Positions 9,438 to 19,685 of a stretch of DNA of 64,000 nt are shown piece after piece. A program made the translations under genes and the position numbers. The notes beneath the pieces were generated by a model, which had not been told where the DNA came from, did not search any database, and saw only the letters and a program-made list of their open reading frames with translations. The stretch's first letter is position 1; every line of letters starts with the position of its first letter. The stretch lies in IMG/VR virus record IMGVR_UViG_3300023174_000102, positions 34,311 to 98,310 of that record, one strand, 5' to 3'. Source of the stretch: a virus.

Positions 9438-12400
9438 ATGAACTACGTCGGCTTACATGTCCATACCCATTTTAGTTTATTTGATGGGATTGCTACTCCA
9501 GAAGAATACGTGAACCGTGCAGTTGAGTTAGGGATGCCAGCAATAGCCATCACTGACCACGGTACTTTATCTGGGCATAGGGAACTGCACCGTATTGCAA
9601 AAGCAAAGGGCATTAAGCCAATTCTAGGTCTAGAAGGATACATGTGTGCAGACATATCTGATACACGAGATAAGTCTGAAAGAGAAGGTCAGCAAGATCT
9701 TGTCTACAACCACATTATCCTTCTAGCCAAGAATCAAATTGGTTTGGAAAACCTTAACAAGATTAGCGAATTATCTTGGACAGATGGTTTCTTTAAGAAG
9801 CCACGATTTGACTTTGAGATATTAGAAAAATATAAAGAGGGAATCATTGTTTCTTCTGCATGTCCAAGTAGCGTTCTAGTTAAAGCATTAGAAGAGGAAG
9901 AGTTTGCACTTGCCAAGAAGTATCTATCTTGGTTTAAGGAGCGATTTGGTGATGACTATTATGTTGAGGTTATGCCTCATAACGAAGCACATATAAACAA
10001 GTATTTAATTGAACTTGCAGATGAGTTTTCCATTAAGGTTATTGTTACACCAGATTGCCACCATGTTGATCCATCACAAAAAGAAGTTCAAGAGTTTAAG
10101 TTACTTATGAATACACACGGTAAGTTTGTAAAAGATGCAACATATGAAAAGTCAAAGAAAAAAGGCAACATCATGGAACGCCTTGATTATCTTTATGGCG
10201 AAGACCGTCAGATTACATTTAATAAGTTTGATATCCATCTGCTTTCATATGAAGAAATTAAAGCAGCCATGGAAGAGCAGGGTATTGATCGACCAGACAT
10301 CTACTCAAATACAATCCTATTAGCAGAGACAGTAGGAGACTACGGTATTCAAGAAGGATTAAACCTTCTACCAGTACAGTACAAAAGTCCTGACAAGGAA
10401 CTTGCAAAGGTTGCTTTGGAAGGTTTGGCAGAGCGAGGACTATCAGAGAACAAAGAGTATCTTGATAGACTTGAAGAAGAATTACAGATTATTAAAGATA
10501 AGAAATTTGCTCCATACTTCCTTGTTGTGAGTAACATGATTAACTGGGCCAAGAAAGAAGAAATCATGGTTGGTCCTGGTCGTGGTTCATCTGCTGGATC
10601 TCTTGTTTGTTATGCGCTAAAGATTACAGATATTGATCCTATTGAACACAACCTTTTGTTCTTCCGCTTTATTAATCCAGAGCGCAATGACTTTCCAGAT
10701 ATTGATACAGATATTCAAGATACTCGTCGTGAAGAAGTAAAAGACTATCTTGTTAGACAGTACCGACATGTTGCATCTATTGCCACCTTCCTTGAATTTA
10801 CAGGTAAGGGAATTGTTAGAGACGTTGCACGAGTATTAAACATTCCCCTATCAGATGTAAATAAAGTATTAAAAACTGTGGACTCTTGGGATGATTTCTG
10901 CAATTCAAAATCAACCAGAGAATTTCGTGAAAAGTATCCAGAAGTAGAAGTTTACGGAGAGCAACTTCGTGGTCGCATCCGTGGTACAGGTATTCACGCT
11001 GCTGGTGTGGTAACTGCAAAAGAACCAATCTTTAGATATGCACCACTTGAAACAAGATCATCTACTGGTTCTGATGAAAGAATTCCTGTTGTTGGCGTTG
11101 ACATGGAAGAGGCCGAGAGAATTGGTTTAATTAAGATCGATGCCTTGGGACTTAAAACATTATCTGTTCTTAAGAATACAATTGATATCATCAAAGAGCG
11201 TGATGGCAAAAAGATTGATCTTCTTAAAATTAAAATGGACGATGCCAATGTTTATCAGATGCTTTCAGATGGATACACAAAGGGTGTCTTCCAGTGTGAA
11301 GCAGCACCTTATACCAACCTTTTAGTTAAGATGGGTGTCAAGAATCTAAACGAACTTGCAGCATCTAATGCTCTGGTTCGACCAGGTGCGATGAACACAA
11401 TTGGTAAGGACTATGTTGATCGTAAGCATGGTCGTCAAAATATATCTTATACTCATCAAGTACTAAAACAATTTACGGAGGACACCTATGGCTGTATTCT
11501 TTACCAGGAACAAGTTATGCAAGCATGCGTACACCTTGGCGGTATGTCCATGTCGGAAGCAGATAAAGTTAGAAAGATCATTGGTAAGAAAAAAGATGCT
11601 AAAGAATTTGATCAGTTTAAAGAGAAATTTGTAGAGGGTGCATCAAAGTTTATCTCTCCAAACCTTGCTCTTGACTTATGGCATGACTTTGAGGCTCACG
11701 CAGGGTACTCATTTAATAAGTCACACGCAGTAGCATACTCAACCCTATCTTATTGGACAGCATGGTTGAAGTATTACTATCCACTTGAGTTTATGTACTC
11801 AGTGCTAAAAAATGAAAAGGATAAAGATGCGAGAACTGAATACCTTATTGAAGCAAAAAGAATGGGTATTAGCATTAAGTTACCTCATATTAACGATTCG
11901 GATATCGATTTTAAAATTGAGGGTAAAGGTATTCGGTTTGGACTCAGTGCTATCAAGTTCATATCTGATAAAATTGGTGAACGATACATATCTGCACGAC
12001 CATTTAGTTCTTACAAAGAACTTGAAGAATTTACATTTACCAAGGGTAACGGAGTAAACAGTCGTGCACTACAGGCACTCAGAGTAATTGGTGCTGCAAC
12101 CTTTAATGATAATCCTAGAAATGATCAGGAGATTAAAGAGAATCTGTACGAATATTTAAATCTTCCAGAGTTTAATATCACAATTCCTTCTCATTACTAT
12201 GCCTTCATTCAGGATATTGTTGACTTTGAAGAAAAGGGATCATATATATTCATGGGTATGGTAAAATCAATTAAGCGAGGAACAGGATGGTCACGAGTTG
12301 AAATTTTGGACAAAACTGGCAGTGTCGGTATATTTGATGATGAAAATACAACTATTGAGACAGGTCGCTCTTATCTTGTCTTGTGTAATGATAATAGGAT

Positions 12401-12713
12401 TGTTTCTTTCATACCTTCAGATGAGATAAAAGAATCATCTCATGCTCTTGTAAAGTTTTTAAGTTACAAGCAGTTGCCATACAAGGATGATGAGATGTTT
12501 GTAGTTTCTTTTAAACCAAGAATTACAAAGACTGGAAAGAAAATGGCATCTCTTACTCTTGCAGACACAAGAAGAGACTTACATTCAATTACAGTTTTCC
12601 CTACATCATTTGCAAAAGCGTATATGAGTATTGAAGAAGGAAAAGCATACAAGTTTGATTTTGGAAAGACAAAAGACGGAACAGTAACATTGGAGGATGT
12701 ACATGTCGGTTAG
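9438..12713 (+). CDS. dnaE: DNA polymerase III alpha subunit
   Basis: PHP 'LHVHTHFS', 'ITDHG'; 'GPGRGSSAGS'; 'PDIDTD'; 'YSFNKSHA'. Confidence 0.96.
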   Translation: MNYVGLHVHTHFSLFDGIATPEEYVNRAVELGMPAIAITDHGTLSGHRELHRIAKAKGIKPILGLEGYMCADISDTRDKSEREGQQDLVYNHIILLAKNQIGLENLNKISELSWTDGFFKKPRFDFEILEKYKEGIIVSSACPSSVLVKALEEEEFALAKKYLSWFKERFGDDYYVEVMPHNEAHINKYLIELADEFSIKVIVTPDCHHVDPSQKEVQEFKLLMNTHGKFVKDATYEKSKKKGNIMERLDYLYGEDRQITFNKFDIHLLSYEEIKAAMEEQGIDRPDIYSNTILLAETVGDYGIQEGLNLLPVQYKSPDKELAKVALEGLAERGLSENKEYLDRLEEELQIIKDKKFAPYFLVVSNMINWAKKEEIMVGPGRGSSAGSLVCYALKITDIDPIEHNLLFFRFINPERNDFPDIDTDIQDTRREEVKDYLVRQYRHVASIATFLEFTGKGIVRDVARVLNIPLSDVNKVLKTVDSWDDFCNSKSTREFREKYPEVEVYGEQLRGRIRGTGIHAAGVVTAKEPIFRYAPLETRSSTGSDERIPVVGVDMEEAERIGLIKIDALGLKTLSVLKNTIDIIKERDGKKIDLLKIKMDDANVYQMLSDGYTKGVFQCEAAPYTNLLVKMGVKNLNELAASNALVRPGAMNTIGKDYVDRKHGRQNISYTHQVLKQFTEDTYGCILYQEQVMQACVHLGGMSMSEADKVRKIIGKKKDAKEFDQFKEKFVEGASKFISPNLALDLWHDFEAHAGYSFNKSHAVAYSTLSYWTAWLKYYYPLEFMYSVLKNEKDKDARTEYLIEAKRMGISIKLPHINDSDIDFKIEGKGIRFGLSAIKFISDKIGERYISARPFSSYKELEEFTFTKGNGVNSRALQALRVIGAATFNDNPRNDQEIKENLYEYLNLPEFNITIPSHYYAFIQDIVDFEEKGSYIFMGMVKSIKRGTGWSRVEILDKTGSVGIFDDENTTIETGRSYLVLCNDNRIVSFIPSDEIKESSHALVKFLSYKQLPYKDDEMFVVSFKPRITKTGKKMASLTLADTRRDLHSITVFPTSFAKAYMSIEEGKAYKFDFGKTKDGTVTLEDVHVG

Positions 12714-13713
12714 TATAGAAGAAGCATTAGCACAACTTGATCCTAAGTTAAGAAAAAGATTGGGAAGCGGAGTTGGAGTTAACTATGAGTATCAGCCAAC
12801 ACCTAGTTATGGTTTAAACCGTGCACTAGGTGGAGGATTACCATATGGCAGACAGGTTCTTATTTGGGGATCAAAGTCTTCTGCAAAGTCTTCTATGTGC
12901 CTTCAGATGATTGCTCTAGCACAAGCAGAGGGAAAACTGTGTGCATGGATTGACTCTGAGATGTCATATTCAGAAGATTGGGCAAGATCTTTGGGTGTAG
13001 ACCCAACAAAACTAATCTACTCACAAGCAAGAACTATCAGTGATATGGTAGATGTTGGAGTTGGTTTAATGAATGCTGGAGTTGATCTAATTGTAGTAGA
13101 CTCTATCACATCAATGCTTCCAGCAATCTATTTTGAAAAAGATACAGATGAAATGAAGGCTTTGGAAAACACAAAGCAGATTGGAGCAGAATCTCGTGAC
13201 TTTAGTAATGCGTGGAAAATGCTTAACTATGCAAATAATAAAGTTAAGCCAACTCTTCTTGTGCTTATTTCTCAGTCCCGCAATAATATTAACGCTATGT
13301 ATACTAGCCAGCAGCCGTCAGGTGGTCAGGCTACTAAGTTTTACTCTTCATGCATCATCAAACTATTTAGTTCAGAATCAGACAATCAAGCAATTAAAGG
13401 CAAAATCAAGGTAGGAGATAAATTAATTGAAGAAAAAATTGGTAGAACTATTAAATGGGAACTACAGTTCTCAAAAACCTCCCCAGGGTTTCAATCTGGC
13501 GAGTATGATTTTTATTTTAGAGGTGACGATATTGGTCTTGACACCATCGGCGATCTTGTTACTACTGCTGAGTTAAACGGTATAGTTGAGCGCACTGGAG
13601 CCTGGTATATTCTTCCTGATGGATCAAAGGTGCAAGGCAAGGAAGCGTTTGTAAATCGTGTACGAGAAGATCTTGACTTGCAAGAATCAATCAAGGCAAA
13701 ATTAAATGGCTAG
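12703..13713 (+). CDS. recA: RecA/UvsX-like recombinase
   Basis: 'LGGGLPYGR', 'WIDSE', 'VVDSI', 'GGQATKFYSS', 'GAWY'; GGAGG SD before 12703. Confidence 0.9.
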   Translation: MSVSIEEALAQLDPKLRKRLGSGVGVNYEYQPTPSYGLNRALGGGLPYGRQVLIWGSKSSAKSSMCLQMIALAQAEGKLCAWIDSEMSYSEDWARSLGVDPTKLIYSQARTISDMVDVGVGLMNAGVDLIVVDSITSMLPAIYFEKDTDEMKALENTKQIGAESRDFSNAWKMLNYANNKVKPTLLVLISQSRNNINAMYTSQQPSGGQATKFYSSCIIKLFSSESDNQAIKGKIKVGDKLIEEKIGRTIKWELQFSKTSPGFQSGEYDFYFRGDDIGLDTIGDLVTTAELNGIVERTGAWYILPDGSKVQGKEAFVNRVREDLDLQESIKAKLNG

Positions 13714-13882
13714 TTTTACAGTATATTATGGAAAGTTTACTTGTCACGAATGTAAAACTGAGGTCAAGTCTTTAAGGCTTTATGCAGAAACAAAGACAGC
13801 AACTTGGATGTGTGCTAATAAGCATCTAAGTAGTGTTAAGTTTGGAAAGCAGAAATGGAAGGGTAATGACAGAGAAGAGTGA
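13706..13882 (+). CDS. Small Zn-binding protein (58 aa, not in ORF track)
   Basis: MASFTVYYGKFTCHEC...WMCANKH fills the gap after recA. Confidence 0.6.
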   Translation: MASFTVYYGKFTCHECKTEVKSLRLYAETKTATWMCANKHLSSVKFGKQKWKGNDREE

Positions 13883-14153
13883 GTCTAAGAGAATAGGTGC
13901 AAAACAGCACAAAAACTCTGGGCGAAATACACAAAAAGGAGATGCTTCCTGGAAAAACTTTGTTGTAGACTTTAAAGAGGTCGGAAAGTCTTTTACTTTA
14001 AACAAAGAGGTATGGGCTAAGGCTACAACAGATGCCATGAAAAATGGCAAAGACCCAGCCATTATTGTAGTAATAGGAGAGGGCAACACAAAAGTTAGAC
14101 TTGCTATAATTGAGATGAGTATTTTAGAACAACTTTCAGAGGATGGTGTATAA
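13866..14153 (+). CDS. Hjc-like PD-(D/E)XK Holliday junction resolvase
   Basis: 'SG...KGDA...VDFKE' pattern, ~95 aa. Confidence 0.65.
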   Translation: MTEKSESKRIGAKQHKNSGRNTQKGDASWKNFVVDFKEVGKSFTLNKEVWAKATTDAMKNGKDPAIIVVIGEGNTKVRLAIIEMSILEQLSEDGV

Positions 14154-14160
14154 TATTAAT

Positions 14161-14847
14161 ATGAATACAGGACATGAACCAAAAAATAAAATAGTTCCAC
14201 ATGTGATTAGAGATTTTTTTACTGAAGCAGAAGTAGAAGTTTTACAAGCAATTGTAAAGTATCAAAAAAATGCTAAGGATTTAGATGAGTTCTATGCACC
14301 TATGCTGCTGCCTGACCTATCAAGAATGCAGATAGAAGTAATGTATCCAGAACACATACGAAGAAAACTTGAAAGGTTTGCTTCAAATTTAGTTGGAGAG
14401 GAAGTATTTATGTACCATAATAGTTATCTAAGTTACAACAAAGAACATAATTCTACCTCAAATCCAAAGTTACCAGTACACTACGATTCAGATAATTATT
14501 TTTCTAAATTAACAATGGATTACCAGTTGGGTGCTAACATAGATTGGCCTATAGTGATTGAAGGTGAAAGTTTTAATCTTCAGTACGGAGATCTTCTTAT
14601 ATTTTGGGGTGCTGGTCAGGTACACTGGAGAGAGCCTGTATTGTTTAAAGAAGGAGACAACACTGAGGTTTTGACAATGCATTTCTCAACAAAAGAAGAC
14701 TTTGAAAAGTTAAACCTTGTTTCTCGTGATCCAGAAAAAAGAAAAGAAAGATTGGCAACTTGGCAGGCAGATCCACAGTTTGCACAATACAATAAAGACT
14801 TTTTTGCAAAAGAAGATGCACTATTAAACTTTAAAATTATTGGATAA
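14161..14847 (+). CDS. 2OG-Fe(II) oxygenase-like protein
   Basis: 'LPVHYD...DWPI...GDLLIF...HWR'; leaderless promoter. Confidence 0.7.
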   Translation: MNTGHEPKNKIVPHVIRDFFTEAEVEVLQAIVKYQKNAKDLDEFYAPMLLPDLSRMQIEVMYPEHIRRKLERFASNLVGEEVFMYHNSYLSYNKEHNSTSNPKLPVHYDSDNYFSKLTMDYQLGANIDWPIVIEGESFNLQYGDLLIFWGAGQVHWREPVLFKEGDNTEVLTMHFSTKEDFEKLNLVSRDPEKRKERLATWQADPQFAQYNKDFFAKEDALLNFKIIG

Positions 14848-14856
14848 GGAAATTAA

Positions 14857-15162
14857 ATGCAAAACGAAGTTACGACAATAGATATGGTAAATGGTCTTGC
14901 AGAAATTGCAGACTACATGAAAGATGAAGAACTAACTACTGCATTAACCTTTATAGCAAAAATCATTGTTAAGCCAGACATTCCTTTGAATGTGGCTACC
15001 GTTGAAATTGTAAGACTTCAGGCTATTGCTGCAAAGATGGCTTTTAAGGCTACTTGGATGGCTAATGTAGACAAGTCAGATCGTGGAAAGAAAAACCTTT
15101 ATTATACGGCAGCAGAATCTATTAATAATTTAGTATCTGCATTAAAATATATAACTCGATAG
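14857..15162 (+). CDS. Hypothetical protein
   Basis: 101-aa ORF, AAGGA SD. Confidence 0.55.
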   Translation: MQNEVTTIDMVNGLAEIADYMKDEELTTALTFIAKIIVKPDIPLNVATVEIVRLQAIAAKMAFKATWMANVDKSDRGKKNLYYTAAESINNLVSALKYITR

Positions 15163-15197
15163 TCTGCTATACTTATACTAATAGAAACGAGAAATTA

Positions 15198-16013
15198 ATG
15201 ACAAAAAATTTACTACATACGGTTATGATTAAGCCAGAAGAAAAACCAGTTCATCGTATGGATATAGCAGGGCTTGAAGCAAAAATTAAAGAAGGATACA
15301 CTATTACTCGTGTAGACAAACACACAACAAAGAAAACCTTTGCTCCATCTACTATTGCGTATGGTCACGGAGAGTGTGCAAGATATTGGTACCTTGCTTT
15401 TGACGGACAGGTATTTGAGGATAATGCCGATGCATATGCAGCAGCAAATATGACTGCTGGAACTTTATCCCATGCAAGAATTCAAAATGCAATGATGAAT
15501 GCTGGCATAGTAAAGATTTATCGTGATGAAGATAATCAGGCTACAACAGAGTTTAAGATAAAAAATGAAGATCCACCTATCTTTGGATATGGTGATGTCA
15601 TGTTTGATTGGCAGGGAGAAGAACTCATTGGTGAAATTAAAACAATGATGAACGAAGGGTTTGAATATAGAAAGGCATCAGGCAAGGCCAAGAATGGTCA
15701 CTTAATGCAATTACTTATTTATATGAAGATTTTAAAGAGACCAACTGGAATAATGATTTATGAAAATAAAAATAATCATGAACTTCTATTGATCCCTGTA
15801 GATGTAAACGATCATTACCGTCGGTGGGTAGACCAGGCATTTGATTGGATGAGACTAGTTCGCAAGACATGGGAAAACAGAACCCTGCCAAACAAAAACT
15901 ATAGATCAAACTCCAAGATATGCAAGTCATGCCCAATTAAAAAAGCATGCGAGTCTGCAGGTCCAGGCGTATTAAAAATAGCGCCCTTGGAGATTCTCGG
16001 TGAAGAATTGTAA
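15198..16013 (+). CDS. Cas4/RecB-like PD-(D/E)XK exonuclease
   Basis: 'APS...ECAR', 'GYGD', 'EIKT', 'QLLIYM', C-terminal CKSC...C. Confidence 0.85.
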   Translation: MTKNLLHTVMIKPEEKPVHRMDIAGLEAKIKEGYTITRVDKHTTKKTFAPSTIAYGHGECARYWYLAFDGQVFEDNADAYAAANMTAGTLSHARIQNAMMNAGIVKIYRDEDNQATTEFKIKNEDPPIFGYGDVMFDWQGEELIGEIKTMMNEGFEYRKASGKAKNGHLMQLLIYMKILKRPTGIMIYENKNNHELLLIPVDVNDHYRRWVDQAFDWMRLVRKTWENRTLPNKNYRSNSKICKSCPIKKACESAGPGVLKIAPLEILGEEL

Positions 16014-16284
16014 GTTTTGTGATAAAAATTTTAGTCAGTCAGTATCTTATCAAATATACTGTTCTGCAGAATGTAGAGATTTAGCAACAAAAGAAAAAAT
16101 TGCTGAAAGATACTTACATTCAAAAAGACAAAAGAGAAGGGGGAAGACAAGGCTTTGCAAATCTTGCTCTTCTCCGCTCTCTATATATAATGACGATACA
16201 ATTTGTTCTTCTTGTGTAATAAATCCAGATGCAGTTACAAAAGCAATTAAACAAATAAAGGGTAAAACAAATGGTAAAGAATAA
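16000..16284 (+). CDS. Cys-rich Zn-finger protein
   Basis: CKFC, YCSAEC, CKSC, CSSC. Confidence 0.65.
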   Translation: MKNCKFCDKNFSQSVSYQIYCSAECRDLATKEKIAERYLHSKRQKRRGKTRLCKSCSSPLSIYNDDTICSSCVINPDAVTKAIKQIKGKTNGKE

Positions 16285-16861
16285 ATGGGGCTTAGAAATA
16301 AAACCACAAAAAATTTGCGCTATCGATGCAAGTACTAATAGTCTTGCATTTGCTCTGTTTAATGGAGAGGACTTGGAGTCTGTTGGAAAAATAAACTTTG
16401 ATGGAAATGATGTTTATGAAAAAGTCATGGATGCTGGTAAAAAAGTAAAAGCATTTTTTGATATCTACGGTGGCTTTGAAGCAATTATTATTGAGCATAC
16501 TGTATTTATGAATAGCCCAAAGACAGCAGCAGATCTTGCACTAGTTCAAGGAGCAATCCTGGGATCAGCAGGACAAACTGGAACCAAAGTAATAGGCAAA
16601 GTTTCTCCAATAACATGGCAAAACTATATCGGCAATAAAAAAATATCAAAAGATGAGCAACTGTTTATTCGTTCACAAAACCCTGGAAAATCAGAATCTT
16701 GGTATAAATCTTATGAAAGAAATCTTCGTAAAGAAAGAACAATTAGATTTATTAATACAATATATGATAGAACTATTATTGATAATGATGTTGCAGATGC
16801 TTGTGGTATTGGGCATTGGGCTTTAAAAAATTGGGGGAAAGCAATAGGAGTTGACAAGTAA
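16271..16861 (+). CDS. RuvC-like resolvase
   Basis: 'AIDAS', 'IIEH', 'DVADACGI' acidic residues. Confidence 0.8.
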   Translation: MVKNKWGLEIKPQKICAIDASTNSLAFALFNGEDLESVGKINFDGNDVYEKVMDAGKKVKAFFDIYGGFEAIIIEHTVFMNSPKTAADLALVQGAILGSAGQTGTKVIGKVSPITWQNYIGNKKISKDEQLFIRSQNPGKSESWYKSYERNLRKERTIRFINTIYDRTIIDNDVADACGIGHWALKNWGKAIGVDK

Positions 16862-16865
16862 TACC

Positions 16866-17021
16866 ATGGCTGCTAAACTATATACAAGTGAAACCTTTAT
16901 GCGTAAGAGATATCTTGTGGATAAAAAAACACCTGAAGAGATTGCAAAAGAGTGTGGATGTTCTTTAGAAACCATCTATGTTTATCTTGCTAAATTTGGA
17001 TTAAGGAAATCAAAAAGATGA
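16866..17021 (+). CDS. Small HTH protein (51 aa, not in ORF track)
   Basis: 'KTPEEIAKECGCSLETIYVYLAKFGL'. Confidence 0.65.
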   Translation: MAAKLYTSETFMRKRYLVDKKTPEEIAKECGCSLETIYVYLAKFGLRKSKR

Positions 17022-17132
17022 AAAAGATTAAATATCTTATATTTGTTATATCATTAGTTGCAGCAGTTGGAATTTCATATGCGACAGCAACCTTGAAAAA
17101 TATGCCAGAATCATTTGACTGGGAGGAAGATG

Positions 17133-17375
17133 ATGAGTGAAAATTTAAACATAACTGTTGATCAGGTCAATCATCCAACACACTATACTACAGATCCTTC
17201 TGGAGTTGAATGTATTCAAATTACACGTCATCGCAATTTTAACATTGGGAATGCCTTTAAGTATTTGTGGAGAGCAGGTATTAAAGATGAGTCTAAGACT
17301 ATTCAAGATTTAGAAAAAGCAATTTTTTATATTAAAGATGAAATTAATAGACTAGAGGGAAAGTATGTCAACTGA
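17133..17375 (+). CDS. DUF3310 (SaV-like) protein
   Basis: 'VNHPTHY...ECI...GNAFKYLWRAG.K...DLEKA'. Confidence 0.85.
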   Translation: MSENLNITVDQVNHPTHYTTDPSGVECIQITRHRNFNIGNAFKYLWRAGIKDESKTIQDLEKAIFYIKDEINRLEGKYVN

Positions 17376-17901
17376 AGATGATCTAGTTAAGCATCTTGAT
17401 CAGGTAAATCAGGTTGTAGAAGAATATTTAAAAGGCAATGACCCAACAGTAATTTCAAAACAATTGTCTATACCAAGACAAAAGGTAGTAACACTTATTA
17501 ATGAGTGGAAGGTCATGGCATCTGCTAATGATGCTATTCGTGCTCGTGCTAAAGAAGCACTTGCTGCTGCAGATACACATTACAGCAAGTTAGTCTCAAG
17601 AACATATGAAGTTATTGATGAAGCATCAATGACAAACAATCTTAGTGCAAAAACTGCTGCAATTAAACTTGTCATGGATATTGAATCTAAAAGAATTGAT
17701 ATGCTGCAAAAGGCTGGGCTGCTCGAAAACAAAGAACTTGCAGAAGAAATGATTGAGATTGAACGTCGTCAAGAAGTTCTTGTCGGCATTCTAAAAGACA
17801 TTGCGTCTGAGTATCCACAAGTGCGTGATGAAATCATGCGTAGATTATCTTCATTTGCAAAAGACAATGAGGTGATTACAGTTGTCCACGATGTTCAATG
17901 A
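17365..17901 (+). CDS. Probable terminase small subunit
   Basis: N-terminal HTH plus helical body directly upstream of TerL. Confidence 0.55.
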   Translation: MSTEDDLVKHLDQVNQVVEEYLKGNDPTVISKQLSIPRQKVVTLINEWKVMASANDAIRARAKEALAAADTHYSKLVSRTYEVIDEASMTNNLSAKTAAIKLVMDIESKRIDMLQKAGLLENKELAEEMIEIERRQEVLVGILKDIASEYPQVRDEIMRRLSSFAKDNEVITVVHDVQ

Positions 17902-19666
17902 GTTTCTTGAGGCACTTCAAGACGATCATTTTGAAGAAACCCCAGTAGATGCAAGAACATTTGTTGAGGGTGAAGAATACCTTGGACAGCCACCATTATC
18001 AGACATTCAGTACGATATTGTTGAGGCAATGAGTCAAATTTATCGTAAAGAGGATTTGATTAATATAATGGGGGAAGAAAAAGGCACTCAGTACTACAAC
18101 AAATATACAAAAAATGAAATCATTCTGCAACTTGGCAAGGGATCTGGAAAAGACTTTACATCAACTGTAGCATGCTCATACATCGTATATAAACTTCTAT
18201 GCTTAAAAGACCCAGCAAAGTATTTTGGTAAGCCCTCTGGAGATGCTATTGACCTCATTAACGTTGCTATTAATGCTCAGCAGGCCAAGAATGTTTTCTT
18301 TAAAGGTTTTAAAACAAAGATTGAAAAGTCACCTTGGTTTATTGGAAAGTATAATGCAAAAGCAGATTCTGTTGAGTTTAATAAATCAATCACTGTTTAT
18401 TCTGGTCACTCAGAACGTGAATCACATGAGGGCTTAAACCTCTTGCTTGCAGTTCTTGATGAGATTTCTGGTTTTGCATCTGAGGTTGGAACAGGAAACG
18501 AACAGGGAAAAACTGCTGACAACATATATAAGGCTTTTCGTGGTTCGGTAGACTCTCGTTTTCCAGACCTAGGAAAGGTTGTTTTGCTTTCTTTCCCAAG
18601 ATATCCAGGTGACTTTATTTCAGAAAGATACGATGCTGTTATTGCAGACAAAGATGTAATAGAAAGAACTCATGAGTTTGTAATTAACCCACTACTTCCA
18701 GATTCAGATCCAGACAATAAATTTCAAATATCTTGGGATGAAGACCAAATCCTTTCATATAAATATCCAGGGGTATTTGCATTAAAGCGTCCGACATGGG
18801 AAGTAAACCCAACAAGAAAGATTGACGATTTTAAAATTGCTTTTATGACAGATCTTGGTGATGCAATGATGCGATTTGCTTGTGTCCCAACATTTGCATC
18901 GGATGCTTTTTTTAAGCAGGTAGACAAAGTTAGATCTTGTATGACCTTAAGAAATCCAGTAGATAATTTTAAAAGATTTGAAGAGTCTTTTAAGCCAGAC
19001 CCAAATAAAAAATATTATGTACACGCAGACCTTGCACAAAAGCATGACAAGTGTGCAGTAGCAATTGCTCATGTAGAAAAATGGGTAAATATTCAAGTAA
19101 TAAATAATTATGAGCAGGTAGCCCCAATAGTAGTAGTAGATGCTGTTGCTTGGTGGGAGCCTAAGATTGAGGGGCCAGTAAACTTATCAGAAGTAAAGCA
19201 GTGGATTCAAAATCTTAGAAGAATTGGTTTTGATATTGGAATGGTTTCATTTGACCGTTGGCAGTCATTTGACATTCAAAACGAATTAAAACAAGTTGGA
19301 ATGAAAACTGATACTGTTTCTGTTGGCAAGAAGCATTATGAAGATATGGCAATGCTTGTGTATGAAGAAAGATTGGCAATGCCAGCAATTGATCTACTAT
19401 TTGATGAATTGACACAACTAAAGATCATGCCAAATAATAGAGTTGATCACCCAAGAAAGAAGTCAAAGGACTTGGCTGATGCCGTGTGTGGTGCCATTTT
19501 TGGTGCAATATCTCATACTCCTAAAAATATAGACACTGAAGTAGAGATTCATACATTTAAAGATAGGCCAAAGCAGTTTGACTCCGATCATGGCAACGTG
19601 ATACAATATAATCCTAGCCAAATAGAAGAAATTAAAGACTATCTGGATAGGCTAAAAACACTATAA
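17891..19666 (+). CDS. Terminase large subunit
   Basis: Walker A 'GKGSGKD', Walker B 'AVLDE', nuclease 'HADLA...D', 'KDLADA'. Confidence 0.88.
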   Translation: MFNEFLEALQDDHFEETPVDARTFVEGEEYLGQPPLSDIQYDIVEAMSQIYRKEDLINIMGEEKGTQYYNKYTKNEIILQLGKGSGKDFTSTVACSYIVYKLLCLKDPAKYFGKPSGDAIDLINVAINAQQAKNVFFKGFKTKIEKSPWFIGKYNAKADSVEFNKSITVYSGHSERESHEGLNLLLAVLDEISGFASEVGTGNEQGKTADNIYKAFRGSVDSRFPDLGKVVLLSFPRYPGDFISERYDAVIADKDVIERTHEFVINPLLPDSDPDNKFQISWDEDQILSYKYPGVFALKRPTWEVNPTRKIDDFKIAFMTDLGDAMMRFACVPTFASDAFFKQVDKVRSCMTLRNPVDNFKRFEESFKPDPNKKYYVHADLAQKHDKCAVAIAHVEKWVNIQVINNYEQVAPIVVVDAVAWWEPKIEGPVNLSEVKQWIQNLRRIGFDIGMVSFDRWQSFDIQNELKQVGMKTDTVSVGKKHYEDMAMLVYEERLAMPAIDLLFDELTQLKIMPNNRVDHPRKKSKDLADAVCGAIFGAISHTPKNIDTEVEIHTFKDRPKQFDSDHGNVIQYNPSQIEEIKDYLDRLKTL

Positions 19667-19685
19667 AAGAAAAGGAATAAATTAA

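Noticed and set aside
15198-16013. Cas4-like gene as evidence of a CRISPR system
   Set aside because: No cas1/cas2 and no repeat-spacer array seen; stand-alone Cas4-like nucleases are common in phage replication modules
9438-19666. Inteins or introns in DnaE, RecA or TerL; stop-codon recoding
   Set aside because: Protein lengths are ordinary, no splice motifs were seen, and TAA, TAG and TGA all end genes normally
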